A DNA stretch of 64,000 bases from Nitrosopumilus sp. (GTDB lineage Archaea; Thermoproteota; Nitrososphaeria; Nitrososphaerales; Nitrosopumilaceae), in the NCBI GenBank assembly GCA_965207075.1, contig CBDBLO010000002.1:1536001-1600000 (forward strand), read 5' to 3'. Shown one piece after another: positions 21,233 through 31,474 of this stretch (position 1 is the stretch's first letter; each line of letters starts with the position of its first letter). The notes under the pieces are model-generated. The model searched no databases. It was not told the DNA's origin and saw only the letters and a program-made list of their open reading frames with translations. The translations under genes and the position numbers were made by a program.

Positions 21233-21880
21233 CTATACAGTCGCGGTGCCACTGCCGGCGGCGGCGGTAGCGGTAGCGGTGGCAAGATTAACGCCCTCGG
21301 AGAGCGTCTCTATCTTTTCACCCGTTATTACCATGATGTCCGTGCCGTCGCCGCTCGCAGCATCGCGCATGGACGCAGAGGCGACGGCCTTTTTGGCAAG
21401 CGACACGGCCTCGTCCCTTGACATGTTGGGCTTGAACTGCGGGTCGAGCACGCCGAGCGCCATCTCGGCCCCCGTTCCGACGGCCGCATAGTCATCGGGC
21501 AGTACCGAGCCCAGCGGATCAAGCGTGTACAGCACGGGCTTGCCGACCACGCCGCCTACGATGACCTGCGTGAGCAGTGGGAAATACCTACGCTCGTACA
21601 TCATGTTTGACATCATCTTGGCAATCGTATTGGTCGGGATGTCCCGCTTGAGTTCCATCTTGCGAATTTTTGCAAGGGCGGAAATCTGCAGGGACAGGAT
21701 CTGCATGTCGGCCACAAGGCCGGCGCACGCGGCCCCGACCCGGGGCGTGATCTCAAAGGTCTTCTTGGTGGACTTGCTTACGAGAAAGTTACCAAATGCA
21801 ACCCTGCGCTCGCTTGCAAGCACCACGCCGCCCTCAAACGTCACGCCAACGGCAGTCGCACCGGGCATGTACATTGACAT
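21233..21880 (-). CDS. psmB: Proteasome beta subunit
   Basis: GATAVG, GVVLASERR, AGLVADMQ, TLDPLGS, RDAASGDG. Confidence 0.93.
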   Translation of the reverse strand: MSMYMPGATAVGVTFEGGVVLASERRVAFGNFLVSKSTKKTFEITPRVGAACAGLVADMQILSLQISALAKIRKMELKRDIPTNTIAKMMSNMMYERRYFPLLTQVIVGGVVGKPVLYTLDPLGSVLPDDYAAVGTGAEMALGVLDPQFKPNMSRDEAVSLAKKAVASASMRDAASGDGTDIMVITGEKIETLSEGVNLATATATAAAGSGTATV

Positions 21881-22002
21881 GTATTCTGCACTTTGGGTTC
21901 ATAATTAAAGGGTTTACTAGGATCACTTGCGCGGGGCCCCATCAAGACATTCAGGACCTCTCGTCAATCAGGTTTTTATAGCTAGCAGGCACGTCACACA
22001 CC

Positions 22003-22419
22003 ATGGGAACAGCTGAGATCAAGGACGGAATACTCAATGACGCCGTGTTCATGGGCGTAAGGGCGTCCGTGGGAGTGATATTCATACTGCACGGGATGGG
22101 CAAGTTCAACCCGGGGTTTGCAAACGCGCTGCCAAACATGGGACTTCCGCCGGAGCTGCAGATCCCGATAGCGCTGGCAGAGGTAGTGCCAGGCATACTG
22201 CTCATAATAGGCGTGCTCAGCAGGTTCTCCGGGGCGCTGCTGGCGATTGTAATGATGGGCGCCATATTCCACGTAAAGGGGGCCCAGAGCATGACGGGCG
22301 ACAGAGGGGTCGAGTTTGACGTCATACTGCTTGCCGCATCGCTGCTCATAATGGTTGCAGGCCCCGGAAGGATTGCAATAGCCCAGGCCGCAAGGCGCAT
22401 TCCGAGGATACTGCACTAG
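22003..22419 (+). CDS. DoxX family membrane protein
   Basis: R...G.IF..HG..K, AE...GILLIIG..SR, GPGRI motifs. Confidence 0.88.
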   Translation: MGTAEIKDGILNDAVFMGVRASVGVIFILHGMGKFNPGFANALPNMGLPPELQIPIALAEVVPGILLIIGVLSRFSGALLAIVMMGAIFHVKGAQSMTGDRGVEFDVILLAASLLIMVAGPGRIAIAQAARRIPRILH

Positions 22420-22465
22420 ACGCGGGCCGCCCGTATAGCGGCAGCCTTTTACCTACACGCGTCTG

Positions 22466-23998
22466 TCAGCCCTGCCTGCCGAACATGTCCATTATCCGGC
22501 ACATGCAGGCGGCGGTCTTTTTGAGCAGATCTATGCGCGCAAACTCGTTTGGCGAGTGGATTTTAGAGAACACGTACGTGCCGCCCACCGAGACGCACGG
22601 GGCCCCCAGCGCCTTCTGGAAGGCGTGCATGGGCCCCGTGGCGGGGTTCGATATGCACACCACGGGCTCGGAGCCAAACGATGCCGACGCGGCGTCGCGC
22701 ACGTGCCGTACAAGCTGCTCCGACGGGTCCGTCCGCGCGGCCGCCTCGTGGTGAAGAATCCTGGCCTGCACGTCTGCAAAGCCGTTTGCCTCCAGATGCC
22801 TTGTTATGAGGCCAAACTGCCTTGAGGGCACCATGTCCGGCACCAGCCTAAAGTCAAGCTTCGCAACAGCAACTGCGGGCAGCACGGTCTTGGCGCCGCG
22901 ACCCGAATAGCCTGAGGATATGCCCGCAATGTTGCAGGTGGCCGCGCCCGCAAGCGCCTTTTTGGCCCCGAGCCCCCGCAGTCCCCCAACAAAGCCGTCC
23001 ACGCCGTACTCCTTCCTGAAGGACACCTCGTCGAACTCCTCGGCCTCAAGCAGCCGGACGTCGCGGGCAGTGAGCCTCCGGACGTCGTCGTACCAGCCCG
23101 ATATGGTGATGCGGCCGTCGGCCCTGCGCATGGTGTTTAGCGCCTCGACTATGCGCCACGCGGGGTTCTTTATCAGGACCGCCAAACTGGAGTGCGCGTC
23201 CCTGGAAGGCCCCCTGGCCGTCAGCTCGACGTACAAGAGCCCCTTCATGCCCAGCCCGACTATGGGGCGGCCGCGCGGGTCCACGTATCCAAACTCCCAT
23301 ATGACGCCGTCGCACGCAAACTTCCTGCGGTACCGTGACAGGTACCGCGGGAGGTGCCCGCTGCCAATCTCCTCCTCCCCCTCTATGACGAACTTTATGT
23401 TGCACGGCACGTCCCCGGTCTCCCGGATGTACGAGCCCACCGCCCGGATTCTCGCGGCGATCTCGCCCTTGTCGTCTATCGCGCCGCGCCCGTACACACG
23501 GTTTCCGCGCCGGACGGCGTCAAACGGGCCGTACCGCCACAGCTCGACAGGCTCCTCGGGCTGCACGTCATAGTGGTTGTAGAACAAGAGGGTCTTGCCG
23601 GGGTTCGACTCCGAGCGCCTCTCGGCATACACCACCGGCGGCGGCGACGGCGACGACGACGGCGATAGCCCGGCGCGGGTCCCGGACGCGCGCCCTCCGC
23701 CCGGCTTCAGGTACAGCACCTCGGAGTCAAGTCCCGCGTCCTCAAGCATCGAGCCCAGCAGGAGGGCGCACTCCTCGAGTCCCTCGCCCCTCGCAGAGAC
23801 GCTCGGCTGCCTGATCATCTTTTGAAGGTCCAAGACCATCCTCTCGGTGTCAGCGGCAACCCCGGACAGGGCGGCCTCAAGTCCGGAACCCTTGGCGCGG
23901 CCGTTGCTGCCGTCGGCGGCATCCGCGGTTGTGGCGCCGGCACGGCCGCTGCCGCGTGCAGCGCGCCGTCTTTGCGAGCCGTGCACCTTGCGCGCCAT
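22466..23998 (-). CDS. M20/M25/M40 family metallopeptidase
   Basis: YNHYDVQP, YGRGAIDDKG, EGEEEIGS, HSPNE. Confidence 0.92.
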   Translation of the reverse strand: MARKVHGSQRRRAARGSGRAGATTADAADGSNGRAKGSGLEAALSGVAADTERMVLDLQKMIRQPSVSARGEGLEECALLLGSMLEDAGLDSEVLYLKPGGGRASGTRAGLSPSSSPSPPPVVYAERRSESNPGKTLLFYNHYDVQPEEPVELWRYGPFDAVRRGNRVYGRGAIDDKGEIAARIRAVGSYIRETGDVPCNIKFVIEGEEEIGSGHLPRYLSRYRRKFACDGVIWEFGYVDPRGRPIVGLGMKGLLYVELTARGPSRDAHSSLAVLIKNPAWRIVEALNTMRRADGRITISGWYDDVRRLTARDVRLLEAEEFDEVSFRKEYGVDGFVGGLRGLGAKKALAGAATCNIAGISSGYSGRGAKTVLPAVAVAKLDFRLVPDMVPSRQFGLITRHLEANGFADVQARILHHEAAARTDPSEQLVRHVRDAASASFGSEPVVCISNPATGPMHAFQKALGAPCVSVGGTYVFSKIHSPNEFARIDLLKKTAACMCRIMDMFGRQG

Positions 23999-24921
23999 CA
24001 GGCGCCATCCCCGCCGCCGGCATCCCCGGACTCCGCGCGCCCGCGCGCGTCAATCCGGTCATACTCAAAGACGGCCGCGGGAATCGCCTCGACCAGGTCG
24101 CTTGCCAGCAGGTGGTGGCCCCGCCCGGACGCGGCAATCTCGCCTGCGCGCCCGTTGGTGTATGCGGCGGCTACCGCGGCCTGCATCGGGTTCCTGCACG
24201 TGGCAAGCGCCCCGGCGGCCACGCCTGCCAGGACGTCGCCCGTTCCGCCCACCGTCATTCCGGGCACGCCCGTGCTGCACAGGCAGGTGCCGGTACCGTC
24301 GGATATGACGTCCGTGCGCCCCTTTAGGAGTACCGTGACGCGGTGATCAGAGGCGTGCTCAGATACGACGCGTATTCTCGAATCCATGTCAGACGCCGGG
24401 GGCACCGCTACGCCAAAGAGGTGCTCAAACTCGCCGGGATGCGGCGTGACGATACAGTTGGAACCGGGCAGCAGGGGCAGCACGTCCGGTACGAGCGCCG
24501 ACGCGTCAAGGACCAGACGCACGTCCATCTCGATCAGCGACTTTACAAGTTTCAGCAGCGCCCCGCGCTCGGCCACGGCGAGCCCCATTCCAATCGCGGC
24601 GGAATCGAGCCCCACGGGCAGCATCCCGAGAAGCTTCGTGGCAGAGCCTCGGGTCAGCTTGGCATCGGCCATCGGCACCACAATCAGGTCGGGTGACGCC
24701 GCCCTGGTGGCTGACACGTTATGCTTTGGCACCGCCGTGTACACCAGGTCGGAGCCGAACCTCAGGGCCGCGAGGGATGACAGTATCGGGGCCCCGTGGT
24801 ACAGGTAGCTGCCGCCCACCACGAGGGTCTTGCCGTTCTGCCCCTTGCGCGAGTTCTCGTCCCGGGCAGGGAAGAGCGCAGAGGCGTCGGTTCCGGACGT
24901 GACGACCGGCACGCCGTACAT
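23998..24921 (-). CDS. nnrD: ADP-dependent NAD(P)H-hydrate dehydratase
   Basis: SRKGQNG, VVGGS..YHGAP, VLDASAL, TPHPGEF, GGTGDVLAG; start uncertain. Confidence 0.9.
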   Translation of the reverse strand: MYGVPVVTSGTDASALFPARDENSRKGQNGKTLVVGGSYLYHGAPILSSLAALRFGSDLVYTAVPKHNVSATRAASPDLIVVPMADAKLTRGSATKLLGMLPVGLDSAAIGMGLAVAERGALLKLVKSLIEMDVRLVLDASALVPDVLPLLPGSNCIVTPHPGEFEHLFGVAVPPASDMDSRIRVVSEHASDHRVTVLLKGRTDVISDGTGTCLCSTGVPGMTVGGTGDVLAGVAAGALATCRNPMQAAVAAAYTNGRAGEIAASGRGHHLLASDLVEAIPAAVFEYDRIDARGRAESGDAGGGDGA

Positions 24922-25079
24922 CGTTTCCCCGATGCGTGAGAGATCAAAGCCTGTTGGCAACACGCATGGGCGCATCGCGGGGAAATAAATTTCTGTTCAA
25001 TCTCGCGGCGCGGGCGCGCTGCCAGAAGGGGCCAGTCGTGCAACCGTGCAGGATGAACGGTCCGGGGGGAGGGGCGCCA

Positions 25080-26165
25080 TCACGCTGCCTTGGGTTTTTT
25101 CGCAGGCGCGGCCTTTCTTGAGGCCGGGGAGCCCTTTGGTGACGCTGTGCGCCCACCCTTTCTGGATCTTGGCGGATCGGGTTTTTTCGTGGCGCGGCGC
25201 GCCTTGGCAGAGGGCTTTGCGCGGGCAGTGTCGGTGGCGCCGGCGGTGGCAGAAGGGTTGTCGCCGTCGCCCCCGCGGCCGTCACTGCCGTCGTCGTCGT
25301 TGCCGCGATCGGCGGCGATGGCGCCATGCGCGTCCGCGTCCCTCTCAAAATAGGCCTTGCGCGCAAAGCACAGGTACGTGGTGTGCCCTATGCCCTGGAA
25401 GGAGTGACGCGTCTTGCCCTGCCGGGCCTCTATATTGCGCAGTATGAGTTCGGTGGACTCGATGTCGGTAAACTCGTTCTCGACAAGCGACGCGGAGAGC
25501 TTCTCAAGCTGGTTCATGGTGGGGCATACTGCAAACACGCAGCCGCTGCCCCGCAGCATGCGCCTGACCTGGGGCAGCACCCCCCACGGATCACCCACGT
25601 CTATCAGCGCCACGTCGGCGCCGGATACGGGCAGTTCGGTGGCAGGGGCGCCGCCGTCACTGCCTGCATCATCCGTCACGTCCAGCTCCTTTATGTCCAG
25701 GTTCTGAAGCGTCACGTACTTTGAGACGCCCGCGCGGTCGATGTTCTTTTGCGCGATCGCCATGAACTTGGAGTCCACGTCAAAGGAGTAGACGTGCCCC
25801 CGCGGCCGCACCACGTTGGCCACAAACGACGTGAGCGAGCCGCTGCCCGTCCCCACCTCGAGTACCTTCTGCCCGCTGCCAATCCCCGCGCGCGCCACTA
25901 TGTATCCCAGCTCCTTGGGGTACACGATCTGCGTTCCGTGCTGCAGCTTCATGGTATAGTCGTACAGCGTGGGCCGCAGCAGGTAGACGTACTTGGACTT
26001 GTTTGTGGTCAGCCTGGAGCCGTACTCCTTCCCTATTGCGTCAGAGTGCCTCAGCACCCCAATGTGGGTATGGAGCACATCCGCGCGAGCTATGCGCACG
26101 AGCCATTTCTTTGAGCGGTTGTAGTAGAACAGGACGTGCGAGTTCTGCTTTATCTTGTCGGCCAC
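25080..26165 (-). CDS. trmI: tRNA (adenine-57/58-N1)-methyltransferase with a basic low-complexity tail
   Basis: TQIVYPKE, VLEVGTGSGSLT, DVGDPW, GHTTYL. Confidence 0.9.
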   Translation of the reverse strand: MADKIKQNSHVLFYYNRSKKWLVRIARADVLHTHIGVLRHSDAIGKEYGSRLTTNKSKYVYLLRPTLYDYTMKLQHGTQIVYPKELGYIVARAGIGSGQKVLEVGTGSGSLTSFVANVVRPRGHVYSFDVDSKFMAIAQKNIDRAGVSKYVTLQNLDIKELDVTDDAGSDGGAPATELPVSGADVALIDVGDPWGVLPQVRRMLRGSGCVFAVCPTMNQLEKLSASLVENEFTDIESTELILRNIEARQGKTRHSFQGIGHTTYLCFARKAYFERDADAHGAIAADRGNDDDGSDGRGGDGDNPSATAGATDTARAKPSAKARRATKKPDPPRSRKGGRTASPKGSPASRKAAPAKKPKAA

Positions 26166-26327
26166 ACATGCGCGGCCGGCGGTTTGGATAATAATCTACT
26201 GTTTGCGCGTGAGGATGCACAAAGCCGGGGGTAGTTCTGGCGCGAAGCAGGCAGAAGGAGGAGAAGCGGAGGCGACGTATGGCGTCCGGGCACGAGCACG
26301 CCGGGGGAAGGTCCCTTGCGCACGCGG

Positions 26328-27047
26328 TCACTGCAAAATGAACATGGTCCACTGGTACCCGCCAGGAGCCGGGACGGCCTCTAGTATAATGTCGGTTCCC
26401 CCGAGCCCCGATATCGTGGACTTTAGCGGCCTTCCGTCCGCGCTGTCCCCCAGCAGGGATTCGGCCTTGGCCATCCACGCCGACACCGACTCGAATCCGC
26501 CGGGCTCTTGCTCGCGCCAGCAGTCGCACACGAGCCCCGCTATCACACCCTCAAATATCGCGTCTGCGTGCCCGCGGCCCGTGCTGATGGGCGGGACGGG
26601 GTCAAGCGCTATGACCGCCACCACCGGGGAGCTTGTGTCGCCGCCCAGGTTGACGTTCCCGACGGTGATGCCGTTTGCGTCCACAATGCCGCTCGTGGTG
26701 CAGTACGAGGTGGACGTCAGCCCGCCGTCGGCCTCGGCGTCATAGTACGCGCAGTACTGGGGTATGGTATGATCCGTGATCGGCGCAGGCTGAGACAGCG
26801 AGAGTCCGCGCGCCTCCAGCTCCGCAGAGACGCGCTCAACGTCATAGTACGTGAAGACCTCGCCAAGGTCTACTTGCTCCTGTTGTTGCGGCGGGGACGT
26901 CGGGGTCAGCAAATCTGACGGGGACGGGGCCGGCTCTTGCGGGGACGCCGGCAACTCCGCTGTCGGGCCGCCGGATGCCAGCAGCCCCGCAAAGGACACC
27001 GCGGCCGCGGCGCCGAGCAGGATGGGCAGCATCAGTATCCTTCGCAT
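26328..27047 (-). CDS. Hypothetical secreted/membrane-anchored protein
   Basis: N-terminal hydrophobic segment; Cys-containing acidic body. Confidence 0.65.
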   Translation of the reverse strand: MRRILMLPILLGAAAAVSFAGLLASGGPTAELPASPQEPAPSPSDLLTPTSPPQQQEQVDLGEVFTYYDVERVSAELEARGLSLSQPAPITDHTIPQYCAYYDAEADGGLTSTSYCTTSGIVDANGITVGNVNLGGDTSSPVVAVIALDPVPPISTGRGHADAIFEGVIAGLVCDCWREQEPGGFESVSAWMAKAESLLGDSADGRPLKSTISGLGGTDIILEAVPAPGGYQWTMFILQ

Positions 27048-27110
27048 TATACCATAACTGCACGCGTGCAGAAATAAGGATTTGCCGCAGGCCGGGTCCG
27101 CCGGCTCGCC

Positions 27111-27602
27111 TCAGATCGAGATGATGGAGAGCCTCGAGTCCTTTGAGATGCCGTGCATCTCCACAAAGCCGGCCGTGACCTCCAAGATGTACGTCGCCAT
27201 GCCTCCGGGCACGATGCTCTGGCAGGTGGTGATCTCGAGCGCCGTCTTGCACGGCTGCACGCCCTGCTCTATGTGCACCACCGCGCCATCCTCGTCAAAC
27301 CATATCATGTCAAGCGGAAACTGCATGTTGAGCATCCACAGCGAGTACGCCCCGGGCTCTTGGAACACGAATATCATCCCCTGGTCGTAGGGCAGCTGCT
27401 CCTGGAACATCAGTCCCCTGACGCGGCGCGGCTCGGTGTCCGCTATCTGGACCTCCAGGGCCACGTCGTCCACCATTATCATGCCGCGCGGAAACTCGAC
27501 GGTCTCAAGCTTGCTATCCTGGGGTATCGAATAGATCCCGGCCACACCCACGATCACGGCCGCAATCGATATGGGTACGAGTATCTGCGCGCGCGTCGCC
27601 AT
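27111..27602 (-). CDS. DUF192 family protein
   Basis: IADT...R.RGLMF, GMIFVF, WMLNMQFPLDMIW, YILEV.AG. Confidence 0.9.
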   Translation of the reverse strand: MATRAQILVPISIAAVIVGVAGIYSIPQDSKLETVEFPRGMIMVDDVALEVQIADTEPRRVRGLMFQEQLPYDQGMIFVFQEPGAYSLWMLNMQFPLDMIWFDEDGAVVHIEQGVQPCKTALEITTCQSIVPGGMATYILEVTAGFVEMHGISKDSRLSIISI

Positions 27603-27686
27603 GATCGGCGTGCCGCGTGTCGTCTTAAAATTGTACTTGCGGCGTCGAGTCCGAGATCCGGCTGCATGGGACGGTCCGCACGCGCG

Positions 27687-28031
27687 CTACAGGTCCCGCA
27701 TCGTGGAGATGGTGTTTTTTGTCACGTGCCCGATCTCGTGTATGGTCGAGCTGTTGTACCTCTTCTCGAGGTAACGTCCTGCCAGGATCATGGGGGCCCC
27801 CACGGCGCACGTGACGCCGGTCGGCTCCGGAATCCAGAGCATGATAAAGCCGATCTTTTGGATCTTTTTTCCGGGGGCGGGCGCGTTCCTCAGGTACTTT
27901 AGGGAGCCGTCGGATATGGCGTTGTGCCCCACCCTTGCGACGTCCTTGTACAGATCGGAGCGGGCCGAGGCAGAGTGCGATATGCGCCTGAGGCGTTCCA
28001 TGCGCCTGCGCACAGGGTCGTCCGGATGCAT
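27687..28031 (-). CDS. Hypothetical protein
   Basis: Coherent ORF with KIGFIMLWIPEPTGVTCAVGAPMILAG segment; start uncertain. Confidence 0.6.
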   Translation of the reverse strand: MHPDDPVRRRMERLRRISHSASARSDLYKDVARVGHNAISDGSLKYLRNAPAPGKKIQKIGFIMLWIPEPTGVTCAVGAPMILAGRYLEKRYNSSTIHEIGHVTKNTISTMRDL

Positions 28032-28237
28032 GATCGAACATGACAGAATAACTAGATAAGGACTCACCATCCGCGGACGGCGGCAGGCAGGCAGCCTCCA
28101 CCGCGAGCACGTGGGCGCGGCGAGGGCATGCATGGAGTCCGTACGCGACGCGCGTGCAAGCGCGCCCACGCCTGCACGACACAGGCAGGGACGGCATTGA
28201 AAACACCCAATTATACCCGACTGCCCGTCACAAGGGT

Positions 28238-28753
28238 ATGGCAAGGGACAGCAGACGCCTAGAGTCCATAAAGGCGGCCCACAAGTCCGAGCGCCTCCGC
28301 TCCAGCTCCCGCATGGAGGACTACCTAGAGGTCATTGCAGAACTGGTGGAGCTCAAGGGATACGCCACCACGCTTGACGTCTCGAGGTACATGGATGTCA
28401 GCGCGCCCAGCGTCACGCAGATGCTCAAGAGGCTCGACGAGCTGGGGCACATAGAGCACGAGAAATACCGCGGAATAAACCTGACGCCCAGCGGGGCCCG
28501 CATAGCAGAGGGCATAAGGCAAAAGCACGATACGCTCATCGAGTTCTTCGGGATGCTCGGGATCAGGCACGACGCGGCAAGCCAGGACGCCGAGGGCATA
28601 GAGCACCACCTCAACCCGGAGACCACCAGACAGCTGCGAAAGTTCGTCACGTACCTGAAGGCAAACCCGGGCGTAATATCCGGATTCGGGGGGACGTCCC
28701 GGAAAGAGGACGGCAAGCCAGCAGGCAAGACGGACTCGGATGCCGCGCGCTAG
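28238..28753 (+). CDS. DtxR/MntR family metal-dependent regulator
   Basis: MEDYLEVI, VSAPSVTQMLKRL, AEGIEHHL. Confidence 0.92.
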   Translation: MARDSRRLESIKAAHKSERLRSSSRMEDYLEVIAELVELKGYATTLDVSRYMDVSAPSVTQMLKRLDELGHIEHEKYRGINLTPSGARIAEGIRQKHDTLIEFFGMLGIRHDAASQDAEGIEHHLNPETTRQLRKFVTYLKANPGVISGFGGTSRKEDGKPAGKTDSDAAR

Positions 28754-28781
28754 ATACAGTAGCAACAATAGTAGTAGCCTG

Positions 28782-30923
28782 TCAGTCGGCCAGCCTTACC
28801 ACAATATCGCGTTCTGGCAGGTCGGCGTCAAGTATGGCGCGGCCCCCCGGCGCGCGCGTCGAGATCTTTACGACGCCCTTTTTGTTCGTCCACCCGGTCG
28901 CAATCTGCCTGCCGTCACGGCCCACAATCTCGACGTTTCTGGAGGGGTGCTTTCGGCCCACGTCTATGAGGATCAGATTGCGGTTGCTTGAGAATGAGAA
29001 CTTTAGCTCGGCAGCGGCGGCGTCAGAACCGCGCCTGCGGCGCCTCCCAGAAGAGCGCGACGGGCGGCGTTCGCGGCCGGATCGGTAGTTGTCGTAGTCG
29101 GCGGCGCTGCCGCAATCATCATCATCATCATCACTACCATCGTCGCCGCTGCTGCTGCTGCGGCTGTTGTTACTGTTGCCGTTGTCATCAAAATCGACGC
29201 CTCCGTTGTAGCTGCCCCCGTCAATGCCGTTGAGATCCTCATACTCGGCGTCCGACGCGCCATAACGGCCTCCCGCATCGCCGTCCTCGAGCGGTGCATC
29301 CAGGCCTGCCGCCTCCCGGCTTTCTTGCATCTCCTCCCGGGTCCGGACGTCAAGGTGGACGCCGAGGTGGTCCTGGAGCTGTTCTATCTTGGAGCCGCCC
29401 TTGCCTATTATGCGAGCCTTGTGCTTTTTTGAAACAATGATCTTGGCCCTGTCCTCGGACGTGAACTCCACCTCTGCGCGCCTGTCGTACTTTCTTACCA
29501 CCTCGAGCACCTTCTCAGAAGCCAGCCTGTAGATCCCCCCGCGGCTCTTCCCGTCGGCCTTGTCCGGCGATATCGGCACTATCACGTTCTCCTCGCCAAA
29601 CGTGTACACCTCGTATGCCGCGCGGTTGCGCTCAAGGTCCCTCACCACTATCACGGGCCTCGCAAGGTCCGACTCGGTCATGCCCGACGGCACCTTTACC
29701 TCCAGCCGGAGGTCGTACACGGTGTCTATCCTGCCGGCCCTGACGAAGATCACCGTGTCAAGCACGTTTGGAATCATGCCAAGCTCTATCTTGCCGATGA
29801 ACCGCTGTATGGCGTCGATGGGCGAGTTTGCGTGCACCACGCCGACCATTCCGACCCCGGTCATCCTCAGATCCGCAAACGTCTCAAAGTCCTCCCTGCG
29901 GCGCACCTCGTCAAATATGGTATAGTCGGGCCGCACAAGCAGCAGTATGTCAGCCGTGTTCTCAAAGCTGCCCTCAAGCTTGCTGTACTGCGTGACGCCC
30001 GAGTCCACCTGCAGGTCCCTTGGCGACTCGAACGTCTTTACGATCTGGCCCTGCTGGTGGTAAAAGTTCCCCAGGCTGGAGGCAAGTGTGCTCTTTCCGG
30101 AGCCAGGCGGCCCCGCAATCACGATGCCCTCGGCCATCCCGCCGAGCCTCTTTGTGAGGGCTTCTGACACGTCGTAGTCGGACAGGGACATCTTCGTCGT
30201 CGGATGCACGATCGTAACCTCAAGGGATTCAGAGAAGGGGGGGCGCGTCATTGCAATGCGATAGTCCCCGTGCTGTACCACGGTGGCCCCCTCCATGGAG
30301 ATCTCAACCGTGCTCTGTTCCGTGGCGTGTACGGCGTCAATGATCTGCGAGGACAGCGTCTCAAGGTATTGCCGGTCAAGCGGGTCAGACGGAATCTCCA
30401 CCAGCTTGAACTCGCCGGGCCTGCCCCTCTTTGCAAGGGGCGGCTGTCTCTCCTTTAGGTGGACGGACATCGTATCAGAATCAAAGAACCGCAGAAACTC
30501 CAGATCCTCCTCGGAGGGCCCGCGGGCGGCGTCGTCCCTCAGAAAGACGGCCGGGATACCCTGGGACTTGGCGGCCAGGTGCTGCACCTTGTCAGACGTG
30601 TAGAGTGTGGCGCCCTCGTCCCTTGCCACGTCGGTTATTATCGCGTCTATACGCCCTGACCCGGCGAGGTCTATATCGGCAGACGAGACGTGCTGGCCCC
30701 TGTGGGACACCTCAAGTCCGAACTGTCCGGCCGTCTCGCGGAGGTGGTCAAGTCTCTGTAGTCCCACGAACCCCTGTCCGCGCCCGGACGAGGCCTGGGA
30801 CTGCAGCTCGTCGACCACTGCCTGCGGAATTATCACCTCAACGGAGCGTATCGAGCCGGATTCAATCTGGGATGCAAGCTGTCCGCTTATCACGACGCTT
30901 GTGTCTGCCACAACCTTGTCCAA
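28782..30923 (-). CDS. PIN-ATPase-KH protein (PINA family) with an acidic low-complexity insertion
   Basis: VADTSV PIN motif, GPPGSGKST, ESPRDLQV, RPDYTIFDEVR, IIGKGG KH motif. Confidence 0.92.
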   Translation of the reverse strand: MDKVVADTSVVISGQLASQIESGSIRSVEVIIPQAVVDELQSQASSGRGQGFVGLQRLDHLRETAGQFGLEVSHRGQHVSSADIDLAGSGRIDAIITDVARDEGATLYTSDKVQHLAAKSQGIPAVFLRDDAARGPSEEDLEFLRFFDSDTMSVHLKERQPPLAKRGRPGEFKLVEIPSDPLDRQYLETLSSQIIDAVHATEQSTVEISMEGATVVQHGDYRIAMTRPPFSESLEVTIVHPTTKMSLSDYDVSEALTKRLGGMAEGIVIAGPPGSGKSTLASSLGNFYHQQGQIVKTFESPRDLQVDSGVTQYSKLEGSFENTADILLLVRPDYTIFDEVRRREDFETFADLRMTGVGMVGVVHANSPIDAIQRFIGKIELGMIPNVLDTVIFVRAGRIDTVYDLRLEVKVPSGMTESDLARPVIVVRDLERNRAAYEVYTFGEENVIVPISPDKADGKSRGGIYRLASEKVLEVVRKYDRRAEVEFTSEDRAKIIVSKKHKARIIGKGGSKIEQLQDHLGVHLDVRTREEMQESREAAGLDAPLEDGDAGGRYGASDAEYEDLNGIDGGSYNGGVDFDDNGNSNNSRSSSSGDDGSDDDDDDCGSAADYDNYRSGRERRPSRSSGRRRRRGSDAAAAELKFSFSSNRNLILIDVGRKHPSRNVEIVGRDGRQIATGWTNKKGVVKISTRAPGGRAILDADLPERDIVVRLAD

Positions 30924-31220
30924 TCAAGGGGACGGCCCCGGCTCGTGATAAAACCCTTTGTATGCAGACACGTGACGCGGCACGGCCCGGGCGCCGGAAA
31001 AAGAGAGGCGCATGTGACAAGGTGGTGGTGTTTTTTTTTTTGGTGGTGGTGGTGGTGACGGTGGCGGCGGGAATGATGACGATGTTGCTGTTGTTTGGTG
31101 GTGGCGGGGACAGCGGAAGAGGGGGCGAGGCCATGCGGCATCAAGACTCAAGAAATACGCGCCAAACGGGCCGGAAAATCCAACATCGCGCCGCATATTC
31201 ACGACTCTTGACTGCACGGC

Positions 31221-31373
31221 ATGGGAAGGCTGCGGCGCGCGCAGAACACAAAGTTCTACGAGGACTGCGCAGAGTATTTCAAGGCGCTCCGGTCAAAGGG
31301 CTCCACGGACTTTGAATTCGAGGACGAGTACTATTTCACAATGCCCGGAATTTCCGGCAAGGCCGAAAATTGA
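31221..31373 (+). CDS. Small hypothetical protein (50 aa)
   Basis: MGRLRRAQNTKFYEDCAEYFKALRSKGSTDFEFEDEYYFTMPGISGKAEN; below the ORF-track cutoff, fills an intergenic gap. Confidence 0.65.
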   Translation: MGRLRRAQNTKFYEDCAEYFKALRSKGSTDFEFEDEYYFTMPGISGKAEN

Positions 31374-31474
31374 CAACTGCGCGTCCATGAACCGGGCGCG
31401 GGGGCGGCAAACGGGCCGGCAGGAACCACAAGCCAACAGTAAGAGTTTAGGAGAGGGGCGCGTCACGCAGAGAC

